A stretch of DNA of 64,000 bases from contig JBFLZG010000122.1 in NCBI GenBank assembly GCA_040756235.1, forward strand, positions 31,101 to 95,100, in the 5' to 3' direction. Numbering within the stretch: the stretch's first letter is position 1; every line of letters starts with the position of its first letter. Of this stretch, positions 1 to 7,957 are shown in pieces. The translations under genes and the position numbers were made by a program. The notes under the pieces are model-generated. The model saw nothing but the letters and a program-made list of their open reading frames with translations. It was not told the DNA's origin and made no database searches. This stretch comes from a bacterium. Lineage in GTDB: Bacteria > Desulfobacterota > DSWW01.

Positions 1-17
1 CGGACCGGCCGCGCGAG

Positions 18-2933
18 ATGGAAGAAATCCTGGATCAGATCCGCAAGGGCGCGCGCGTCGAGCATTACGAGACGCTGCGCCGGCGCAAGGACGGCACCCT
101 GATCCATGTCTCGCTCACCGTTTCGCCGATCCACGACACGACAGACGGGCTCATTGGCGCCTCCTCGATTGCCAGGGACATCTCGGAAAGGAAACGCATC
201 GATGAGCAGCTGCAGGCGACCTCCAAGTATGCCCGGAGCCTGATCGAGGCCAGTCTCGACCCGCTGGTCACGATCAGCCCGGAAGGGAAGATCACGGACG
301 TCAACGAGGCCACGATCAAGGTCACGGGCAGAGACCGGGAACGGCTCATCGGCACGGACTTCTCCGACTACTTCACCGAGCCGGAAAATGCCCGTCGAGG
401 CTATGAGCAGGTTTTCGCCAAGGGGTTTGTCACCGACTATCCGCTCACCATCCGCCACAGCGACGGGCGGCTCACGGAAGTGCTCTACAACGCCTCGGTG
501 TACCGGGACGTGCAGGGCAACGTGCTGGGCGTGTTCGCCGCGGCGCGCGACGTGACGGCCCAGCGCCAGGCCGCGCAGTATGCCCGGAGCCTGATCGAGG
601 CCAGTCTCGATCCGCTGCTCACCATCAACCCGGAAGGAAAGATCACGGACGTCAACGAGGCGACCGTGAAGGTGACCGGGGTGCCTCCCGACCAACTCAT
701 CGGCACGGATTTTTCCGACTATTTCACCGAGCCCGACAGGGCCGGAGAGGGATACCGGCAAGTCTTCGAGAAAGGGTTTGTCACCGACTATCCGCTCACC
801 ATCCGCCACCGTGACGGGCGGCTCACGGACGTGCTCTACAACGCCTCGGTGTACCGGGACGTGCAGGACGACGTGCTGGGGGTGTTTGCCGCGGCGCGCG
901 ACGTGACGGCCCAGCGCCAGGCCGCGCAATATGCCCGGAGCCTGATCGAGGCGAGTCTCGATCCGCTGGTCACGATCAGCCCGGAAGGGAAGATCACGGA
1001 CGTGAACGAGGCCACCGTGAAGGTGACCGGGGTGCCTCGCGACAAGCTCATCGGGACCGACTTTTCCGACTATTTCACCGAGCCCGACAGGGCCGGAGAG
1101 GGGTACCGGCAAGTCTTCGAGAAAGGGTTTGTCACCGACTATCCGCTCACCATCCGCCACCGTGACGGGCGGCTCACGGACGTGCTCTACAACGCCTCGG
1201 TGTACCGGGACGTGCAGGACGACGTGCTGGGGGTGTTTGCCGCGGCGCGCGACGTGACGGCCCAGCGCCAGGCCGCGCAATATGCCCGGAGCCTGATCGA
1301 GGCGAGTCTCGATCCGCTGGTCACGATCAGCCCGGAAGGGAAGATCACGGACGTGAACGAGGCCACCGTGAAGGTGACCGGGGTGCCTCGTGACCCGCTG
1401 ATCGGCACCGACTTCTCCGACTATTTCACCGAGCCCGAGAAGGCCCGGGAAGGATACCGGCAGGTCTTCGAAAAAGGCTTTGTCACGGACTATGCCCTCA
1501 CCATCCGGCACCGGGACGGCAAGCTGGTCGACGTCCTCTACAACGCTTCGGTTTACAAGGATATCCGCGGCAACGTCCTGGGCGTCTTTGCCGCAGCCCG
1601 AGACGTGACCGAATCCAACCGCGTCATGCGCGAGTTCGCCGAGACCAAGAACTTCCTCGACAACATTCTGCAGAGCTCGACCAAGTACTCCATCATCGGC
1701 AAAGATCTCAACCGCCGCATCCTCTCCTGGAACGAGGGGGCACGGCGCAACTACGGCTACGAGGCGGAAGAGATTCTGGGCATCGACTCGAGCGTTCTGC
1801 ACACGCCGGAAGACATCCGCTCGGGAGCCGTGGATGCCATGCTCGCGATGGCCCACGAGAAGGGCCTGGCCGAGGCCGAGTTCACGCGCGTGCGCAAGGA
1901 CGGCTCGCGTTTTACCGCCAGCGTCGTGGTCACGCGCCGCAACCACGCTTCGGGCCGCCCCATCGGCTATCTGCTCATGAGCAACGACATCTCCGAGAAG
2001 AAACAAGCGGAGGAACAGCTCCGCCAGGCGTCGCAATACGCCCGCAGCCTGATCGAGGCGAGCCTCGACCCGCTGGTGACGATCAGCCCGCAAGGGAAGA
2101 TCACGGACGTCAACGAGGCCACCGTGAAGGTGACCGGGGTCCTGCGCGACAAGCTCATCGGCACGGACTTCTCCGACTACTTCACCGAGCCGGAAGAAGC
2201 GCGCGGCGGATACGAACAGGTCTTTGCCAGGGGGTTCGTCACCGATTATCCGCTCACCATCCGGCACAGGGACGGGCGGCTCCTGGATGTTCTGTACAAC
2301 GCCTCGGTGTACCGGGACATGCAAGACAATGTGCTGGGCGTATTCGCCGCGGCGCGCGACGTCACGGCCCAACGCCAGGCCGCACAGTATGCCCGCAGCC
2401 TGATCGAGGCGAGCCTCGATCCGCTGGTCACCATCAGCCCGCAAGGGAAGATCACGGACGTCAACGAGGCCACCGTGAAAGTGACCGGGGTGCCTCGCGA
2501 CCGGCTCATCGGCACCGATTTTTCCGACTACTTCACCGAGCCGGAAAACGCGCGCCGGGGATACGAGCAGGTTTTCGCCAAGGGGTTCGTCACCGACTAT
2601 CCCCTCACGATTCGCCATAAGGATGGGCGGCTCATGCCGGTGCTGTACAACGCCTCGGTGTACCGGGACGTGCAGGGCAATGTGCTGGGTGTCTTTGCCG
2701 CGGCGCGCGACGTCACGGCGCAGAAGGAGGCCGAGGCGAAGATCGCCGAGCAGCGCGCGCGCGAGGAGCAGCGCGCGCGCGAGCTCGAGCGCCTGGCGGA
2801 GCTGGAGAGGTTCCAAAAGCTGACCGTCGGACGCGAGCTCAAGATGATCGAGCTGAAGAAGGAGATCGAGGAGCTCAAGAGGGAGAACGAGCGGCTCCGC
2901 GATCCGAAATCCAACGGGAGGACGGAACCGTGA
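18..2933 (+). CDS. Multi-PAS/PAC sensor protein with a C-terminal coiled coil and no output domain (probably 5'-truncated by the window edge)
   Basis: Six near-identical PAS-PAC units (YARSLIEASLDPL...VFAAARDVT), plus one divergent PAS and a partial N-terminal PAC. Ends ELERFQKLTVGRELKMIELKKEIEELK. The frame is open back to the window start. Confidence 0.85.
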   Translation: MEEILDQIRKGARVEHYETLRRRKDGTLIHVSLTVSPIHDTTDGLIGASSIARDISERKRIDEQLQATSKYARSLIEASLDPLVTISPEGKITDVNEATIKVTGRDRERLIGTDFSDYFTEPENARRGYEQVFAKGFVTDYPLTIRHSDGRLTEVLYNASVYRDVQGNVLGVFAAARDVTAQRQAAQYARSLIEASLDPLLTINPEGKITDVNEATVKVTGVPPDQLIGTDFSDYFTEPDRAGEGYRQVFEKGFVTDYPLTIRHRDGRLTDVLYNASVYRDVQDDVLGVFAAARDVTAQRQAAQYARSLIEASLDPLVTISPEGKITDVNEATVKVTGVPRDKLIGTDFSDYFTEPDRAGEGYRQVFEKGFVTDYPLTIRHRDGRLTDVLYNASVYRDVQDDVLGVFAAARDVTAQRQAAQYARSLIEASLDPLVTISPEGKITDVNEATVKVTGVPRDPLIGTDFSDYFTEPEKAREGYRQVFEKGFVTDYALTIRHRDGKLVDVLYNASVYKDIRGNVLGVFAAARDVTESNRVMREFAETKNFLDNILQSSTKYSIIGKDLNRRILSWNEGARRNYGYEAEEILGIDSSVLHTPEDIRSGAVDAMLAMAHEKGLAEAEFTRVRKDGSRFTASVVVTRRNHASGRPIGYLLMSNDISEKKQAEEQLRQASQYARSLIEASLDPLVTISPQGKITDVNEATVKVTGVLRDKLIGTDFSDYFTEPEEARGGYEQVFARGFVTDYPLTIRHRDGRLLDVLYNASVYRDMQDNVLGVFAAARDVTAQRQAAQYARSLIEASLDPLVTISPQGKITDVNEATVKVTGVPRDRLIGTDFSDYFTEPENARRGYEQVFAKGFVTDYPLTIRHKDGRLMPVLYNASVYRDVQGNVLGVFAAARDVTAQKEAEAKIAEQRAREEQRARELERLAELERFQKLTVGRELKMIELKKEIEELKRENERLRDPKSNGRTEP
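230..1610 (+). repeat. Intragenic tandem repeat with a 351-bp period (4 PAS units); two more units lie at about 2035-2720
   Basis: GCCCGGAGCCTGATCGAGGC recurs every 351 bp. The segments at about 718-1038 and 1069-1389 are almost identical at DNA level. Confidence 0.9.
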
Positions 2934-3895
2934 CCTCGCGCACGGTCCAGGCGCGGAAGCGCATCGATCCCGAGGACTACACAAAGGCCGTTCTCAACAT
3001 CCTCGAGGACTTTGCCGGGGAGAAGGGGCGCTTCGAGGAGACGCAACGCGCGGTGCTCAACATTCTGGAAGACCTCGCCTCGGAAAAGGCCATGTTCGAA
3101 CAGACGCAGCGGGCCATGCTGAACCTGCTCGACGACTTCGGCATGGAGAGGGAGAAGACCCAAGCCGTAAACCTCGAGCTCAGGGACGCGATCGAATCGC
3201 TGCGCCGGGCGAAGGAGGCGGCCGACACGGCCAATCGCGAGCTCGAAGCGTTCGCCTATTCCGTTTCCCACGACCTGCGGGCGCCGCTGCGGAGCATCGC
3301 AGGCTTCGGACACATCCTGTATGAAGACTACTTCGATCGGCTCGACGAAGAGGCAAGAGACGGGCTCAGGCGGATCTTCGCCGCAACCGAAAAGATGGGG
3401 CGTCTGATCGATGATCTGCTGAACCTGTCGCGTGTCACGCGCGCCGAGATGAAGCGCGAACGCCTGAACCTGAGCGTCATGGTGCGCAAGATCGCCGAAG
3501 CCAAAAGGAGCGCCCAGCCGGAGCGCGCGGTCGAGCTCGTCATCGAAGACGGCCTGTTTGCCGAGGGCGACGATCATCTGCTGAATATCGTGCTCGAGAA
3601 CCTGCTGGAAAACGCCTGGAAATTCACCGGCCGGTGCCCGTGCGCGAAGATCCAGTTCGGATCCGCACAGAAGGACGGGGCGCTCGTGTTCTTCATCGAG
3701 GACAACGGCACCGGCTTCGACATGGCTTACTCGGAGAAGCTGTTCCAGCCGTTCCAGCGCCTCCATGCGATGAACGAGTTTCCGGGCACCGGCATCGGGC
3801 TGGCCACGGTCAAACGCATCATCGAACGCCATGGCGGCCGGGTGTGGATCGAAGGAGAGCTGGGAAAGGGAGCAACCGTGTACTTCGTACTATGA
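2930..3895 (+). CDS. Histidine kinase (HisKA + HATPase_c), soluble, with an N-terminal coiled-coil repeat
   Basis: H-box YSVSHDLRAPL, N-box NLLENAWKFT, G1 DNGTGFD, G2 GTGIGL. The GTGA start overlaps the upstream stop. Confidence 0.92.
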   Translation: MTSRTVQARKRIDPEDYTKAVLNILEDFAGEKGRFEETQRAVLNILEDLASEKAMFEQTQRAMLNLLDDFGMEREKTQAVNLELRDAIESLRRAKEAADTANRELEAFAYSVSHDLRAPLRSIAGFGHILYEDYFDRLDEEARDGLRRIFAATEKMGRLIDDLLNLSRVTRAEMKRERLNLSVMVRKIAEAKRSAQPERAVELVIEDGLFAEGDDHLLNIVLENLLENAWKFTGRCPCAKIQFGSAQKDGALVFFIEDNGTGFDMAYSEKLFQPFQRLHAMNEFPGTGIGLATVKRIIERHGGRVWIEGELGKGATVYFVL

Positions 3896-3964
3896 TCCTC
3901 TCCGGGGGCATGTTTCAGGACGGCGAACAACGCCGGCGACCGCATACAGGGAGGCGGGAGAGAG

Positions 3965-4396
3965 ATGACGACCAAGCACATTCTTCTGGTAGAGGACAAC
4001 CCGGACGACGTGAAGCTGACCCTGAGGGCGCTCGAGAAGAGCCGCGTCGCCAACAGGGTGGACGTCGCCTCGGACGGCGTCGAGGCGCTGGATTATCTCT
4101 ACGGCACGGGCAAATTCGAAGGCCGCGACACGAGCGTCATGCCGCAGGTGATCCTGCTCGATCTCAAGATGCCGCGCATGGACGGGCTCGAGGTGCTGCG
4201 CCGCATACGTTCGGACGAGAGGACGAGGATCCTGCCCGTGGTCGTCCTGACCACGTCGAGCGAAGAGCGGGACCGGGTCGAGAGCTACAAGCTCGGCGCG
4301 AACAGCTACATCCGGAAGCCGGTGGACTTCAAGCAGTTTGCGGACTCGGTGCAGCAGCTGGGGCTCTACTGGCTGGTGTTGAACGAATCGCCTTGA
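3965..4396 (+). CDS. Single-domain response regulator
   Basis: ILLVEDNPDD, ILLDLKMPRMDG, GANSYIRKP. Confidence 0.93.
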   Translation: MTTKHILLVEDNPDDVKLTLRALEKSRVANRVDVASDGVEALDYLYGTGKFEGRDTSVMPQVILLDLKMPRMDGLEVLRRIRSDERTRILPVVVLTTSSEERDRVESYKLGANSYIRKPVDFKQFADSVQQLGLYWLVLNESP

Positions 4397-4455
4397 CAGC
4401 CCGGGCGCAGCGGCGGAGAGGAATCGGTTCATCGGGACGCGGAAGGCGAGAGATC

Positions 4456-5538
4456 ATGAGCAAGCAGCTTCGAGTACTCATCGTCGAAGATTCCGAGGAC
4501 GACACCCTGCTGCTCCTTCGCGAGCTGCGGCAAGGCGGGTATGACCCCGTATTCGAGCGCGTCGAGAGGGCCTCGTCGATGAAGGAGGCGCTCGAGAGGA
4601 AGAGATGGGACATCATCGTATCGGACTACGTCCTTCCGAGCTTCAGCGGTCTCGCGGCGCTGGTTATTCTCAAGGAGAGCGGCCTCGACCTGCCCTTCAT
4701 CATGATATCGGGCAAGATCGGCGAGGAAATCGCGGTCGGCGCCATGAAGGCAGGGGCGCACGACTACCTCGCGAAAAGCAATCTGAAGAGACTGGTCCCC
4801 GCAGTGGAGCGTGAGCTGCGCGAGGCCGAAGTGCGGCGCGAGCGCAAGCGCGCCCGGGAGCAATTGAGGGAATCCGAGAAAAGGCTGAGAGACCTCTCGT
4901 CCAAGCTCCTGGTCGCTCAGGAGATCGAAAGGAGAAGAATCGCAAGGGCGCTGCATGACAGCATCACGGCCTCCCTGAGCGCCCTCAAGTTTCGCATCGA
5001 AAGGATGATGCGCGAGTGGCCAGGGCCCGCTCAGGCGCAGCTCCGCGACCTTGTTTCGAGCGTCAAGGACATGGTTGAAGAGACGCGCAGGATCATGTCG
5101 GACCTGCGTCCCTCCATCCTGGATGACCTGGGAATCGTGCCTGCCCTGAACTGGTTCTGCCGGGAATTCGAGAAGACCTATTCGGGCATTGCGATCCTGA
5201 AGCAGATCGATGTAGAGGAGACGGACGTTCCCGATCCCTTGAGGACCCCCATCTTTCGGATTATCCAGGAGGCATTGAACAACGTCGCCAAGCACAGCAA
5301 AGCCGTTTCGGTGAGGCTCTCCCTTTCGAAATCCGACAGAGGGATCGATTTGAGCATCCGGGACGACGGCCAGGGTTTTCATCTCGATCCGAAAGCCCCT
5401 CCGAAAGAGTCGAGGACCGGTCTGGGGCTGGTCGGCATGAAAGAGCGGGCCGAGCTTTCCGGAGGCTCGATGGTCATTCAGTCTGCGATCGGCGCCGGAA
5501 CGGCGGTCCTCGTTTCCTGGCCCGATCTCGCGAAGTAG
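4456..5538 (+). CDS. Hybrid receiver + HisKA_3-type histidine kinase
   Basis: ATG at 4456 lies inside track ORF 3634..5538. Receiver motifs VLIVEDSEDD/SDYVLP, H-box IARALHD, EALNNVAKHS, DDGQGF, GLGLVGMKER. Confidence 0.9.
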   Translation: MSKQLRVLIVEDSEDDTLLLLRELRQGGYDPVFERVERASSMKEALERKRWDIIVSDYVLPSFSGLAALVILKESGLDLPFIMISGKIGEEIAVGAMKAGAHDYLAKSNLKRLVPAVERELREAEVRRERKRAREQLRESEKRLRDLSSKLLVAQEIERRRIARALHDSITASLSALKFRIERMMREWPGPAQAQLRDLVSSVKDMVEETRRIMSDLRPSILDDLGIVPALNWFCREFEKTYSGIAILKQIDVEETDVPDPLRTPIFRIIQEALNNVAKHSKAVSVRLSLSKSDRGIDLSIRDDGQGFHLDPKAPPKESRTGLGLVGMKERAELSGGSMVIQSAIGAGTAVLVSWPDLAK

Positions 5539-5559
5539 GGGCGCTGCTTGCTGGGCCCT
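5535..5559 (+). repeat. GTAG-type REP-like palindrome, family B (second copy at about 7633-7656)
   Basis: GTAGGGGCGCTGCTTGC(T/C)G(G/C)GCCC occurs at 5535 and at 7633. Confidence 0.6.
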
Positions 5560-5609
5560 TGCGCTGAATCTCCTCACTCAGAGGCGAGAGGGGACATGAG
5601 ATGGACTTG

Positions 5610-5642
5610 GTAGGGTGGACAAAGCCGAAGGCCTGTCCACCA
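5610..5642 (+). repeat. GTAG-type REP, family A
   Basis: GTAGGGTGGACAAAGCCGAAGGCCTGTCCACCA. Related copies at 7721-7753 (-), 13633 (+), 13794 (+) and 13949-13981 (-). Confidence 0.85.
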
Positions 5643-5748
5643 ACCCCTGCTGAGCCCCCCGTAGGCGGACAAACCCGCAGGCGTATCCGCCAGGCATGGC
5701 TGATACGTCATTCCCGCCCAAAGCCGCCGCGGCGGCCGCGAGCCGCCG

Positions 5749-5823
5749 TCCCGAGCACAGCGAGGGACCTCACGAGGCGCAACGGGATTCCCGGTGCAGG
5801 GAGATCCCTCGCTGTGCTCGGGA
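5749..5823. repeat. Palindromic inverted-repeat element
   Basis: TCCCGAGCACAGCGAGGGA ... TCCCTCGCTGTGCTCGGGA, a 19-bp perfect stem. Confidence 0.75.
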
Positions 5824-7532
5824 GGGCGGGCGTTCTGGGGCTTCTTGCAGCTCTGATCGGCATGGCCGGATGCTCCTCCTCCGACGACGATGCCGCGTCG
5901 CAAGAAGATGCGGTCCGCTTCTTCGAGCCTCTCCTGCTGGAGCAGGGCATCGACGACGCGGAGCTTCCGGTCTTCGAGCAGGCCCTGGAGGCGTTGCTCG
6001 CGGATGTCTCGCTCGACTTCGTCGCCACCCGCTACGGCTCGACCTATCGGGTCGATGCCGCGCGCGGATCGGTCTTTTTCCGCCGCGACCGGTCGGTCTC
6101 GGGCACCACCTACGCTGTCGACGAGGTGATCGGGGAGAACCCCATCGGCCGCCAGGACCCCGGATGGATTCCCGCTTATGAGGAAGAGCTCGAGGCCGGC
6201 TCGAACCCGAACGGCGTCGCCCTGCCGCTCGAGGGTTATCTCGCCGGCGATCCCAGGTTGTCCTTCATCGAGCCGGAAGACGACTCCTACCCGTTCGGGT
6301 ACGAGCGCGTCGCCGCCTACTTCGATCATCCCGACAGCGCGGATTTCCTGGTCGGCCTGAAGAGCTATGCCCACGCCGGCGGAGCGCTCGGGGGCCACGG
6401 CGCCCTGGGGATCGTGCAGAGCCGCTGTCCGCTGGTGTTCTGGGGCGCCGGGATCCGTCCCGGACGGTACCAGGGCTTCCCGCGCCAGGTCGACGTCGCG
6501 CCCACGGTAGCCAAGCTCATGGGTCTGCCGCAGACAGAGGGCGTGGACGAACGGGGTGCCTGGAGCCGCACGACCTATCTCACCTGGCAGGACGGCCACG
6601 TGCTGGAGGAGGTCCTGGACGGAGAGGTCTCCCGGCACGTGCTGGTCGTCGTCAGCGACGGCCTGGCCCACACCGAGCTGCTGCACCAGATCGAGACGCG
6701 ACAGGATGCTCTGCCAACCTTGAGAAGGCTGGTGGAGGAGGGCGCCTGGTTTGCCGCAGGGAGCACGGCCAACTGGCCGAGCGTGACCTATCCGGGCCAC
6801 AACACCATCGGCTCGGGGCTGTACGGCGGGCACCACGGGGTGGTGGACAACAGCTATTTCTTGCGGGACGAGGGGAAGATCGCCGCTCCCATCGACCAGC
6901 TCATCCTCACCGAGGCGTTCTTCGACCCCAGCGGGCCCGGAGAGTCGCTCCACATGGCCGTTCACCGCGCCTTCGGGGCCTGGGAGCTTGCGAGCCGGGC
7001 GGGCGCCTTCACCGCGAGCCTGTTCGATCCGAGTGTGAAGGATGCAGACAAGGCGGACCTCGAGCTTCGGGACCGGTTCTATCCCGAGGTGCCACTGCCT
7101 CCGCTGTTCGTGCAGAAGCGGCCGGAAGTGCCGGAAGCGGATCCCACGCTGAAGCACCTCGAGTCGTTCGCGGAACAGCTCGGCGAAGAGATCGTCATGA
7201 ACGAGCTGTACGATCTCTTCACGCGGGACGCGGGCGCCGTGCCCGCGTACGTGATCCTGAACTTCTCCACCACCGACGGCACCGGGCACGCCAACGGCCC
7301 GCACGGTGACGAGATGCGGAAGGTGCTGGACCACATCGACGCGAACCTGGGGGTCCTGTGCGGGTGGCTGGAAGAATGGGGCATTCTGGCCCGGACCACG
7401 ATCGTCCTGACCTCCGATCACGGGCTGCAGATCGGGGACCCGAGCCGGTCCGGCTCGCCTTTGGGCCGCCTGGACGAAGCCGGCATCCCCTACCGGCACG
7501 GTACCGGGCTCGGGGTCTACCTCGACATGTGA
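5814..7532 (+). CDS. Alkaline phosphatase superfamily (NPP/phosphodiesterase-like) lipoprotein, apparently circularly permuted
   Basis: The in-frame GTG at 5814 gives a lipoprotein signal MLGRAGVLGLLAALIGMAG-C. Motifs GGHG, DVAPT, VVSDG, PSVTYPGH, DGTGH.NGP and LTSDHG are present. The start codon is inferred. Confidence 0.75.
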   Translation: MLGRAGVLGLLAALIGMAGCSSSDDDAASQEDAVRFFEPLLLEQGIDDAELPVFEQALEALLADVSLDFVATRYGSTYRVDAARGSVFFRRDRSVSGTTYAVDEVIGENPIGRQDPGWIPAYEEELEAGSNPNGVALPLEGYLAGDPRLSFIEPEDDSYPFGYERVAAYFDHPDSADFLVGLKSYAHAGGALGGHGALGIVQSRCPLVFWGAGIRPGRYQGFPRQVDVAPTVAKLMGLPQTEGVDERGAWSRTTYLTWQDGHVLEEVLDGEVSRHVLVVVSDGLAHTELLHQIETRQDALPTLRRLVEEGAWFAAGSTANWPSVTYPGHNTIGSGLYGGHHGVVDNSYFLRDEGKIAAPIDQLILTEAFFDPSGPGESLHMAVHRAFGAWELASRAGAFTASLFDPSVKDADKADLELRDRFYPEVPLPPLFVQKRPEVPEADPTLKHLESFAEQLGEEIVMNELYDLFTRDAGAVPAYVILNFSTTDGTGHANGPHGDEMRKVLDHIDANLGVLCGWLEEWGILARTTIVLTSDHGLQIGDPSRSGSPLGRLDEAGIPYRHGTGLGVYLDM

Positions 7533-7720
7533 GCCGGCCCCGGGCTCCGGCCTTGGACGAGGGACGAAATCGGCGACCCGCCCGAAGGGCCGTAGTCTCC
7601 GACCCTCGGGGGGGAGAACAGGCCGGAGCGCTGTAGGGGCGCTGCTTGCCGCGCCCGCTCCGGGATTATCGCAGTTTCCAGCGCAAGAGGATCGCGACGT
7701 TCGCGATCTGGACCCCTGGT

Positions 7721-7753
7721 TGGTGGACACGCCTGCGGCTTTGTCCACCCTAC
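7721..7753 (-). repeat. GTAG-type REP, family A (inverted copy)
   Basis: TGGTGGACACGCCTGCGGCTTTGTCCACCCTAC is the reverse-complement homologue of the 5610 copy. Confidence 0.85.
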
Positions 7754-7957
7754 CGGTGCTCACGCAACTCGCTCCCGCCCCCGTCCGGCTCCCGTCCCGC
7801 CATCGCCTCCGCGCGGCCAAAGTCCATGAGCGGCAGCCCAGGCGCCGGATCGTGGGGAGCGACCGTATCACAGGTGCCCGAATCTAAAATTGTATTACTG
7901 CTCATCGAGAGGCTGGCTCGACGGCCGTTTTCGGCTGCCTCTCCAGCGGGAGGTCCC

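Noticed and set aside
3634..4455. N-terminal extensions given by the ORF track for 3634..5538, 5601.., 7646.., 12647.., 13816.. and 20998..
   Set aside because: They overlap other genes or repeats. Downstream starts with RBSs match the family N-termini.
7860..7957. FNR box upstream of narG
   Set aside because: An AT-rich patch is present but I found no TTGAT-N4-ATCAA match.
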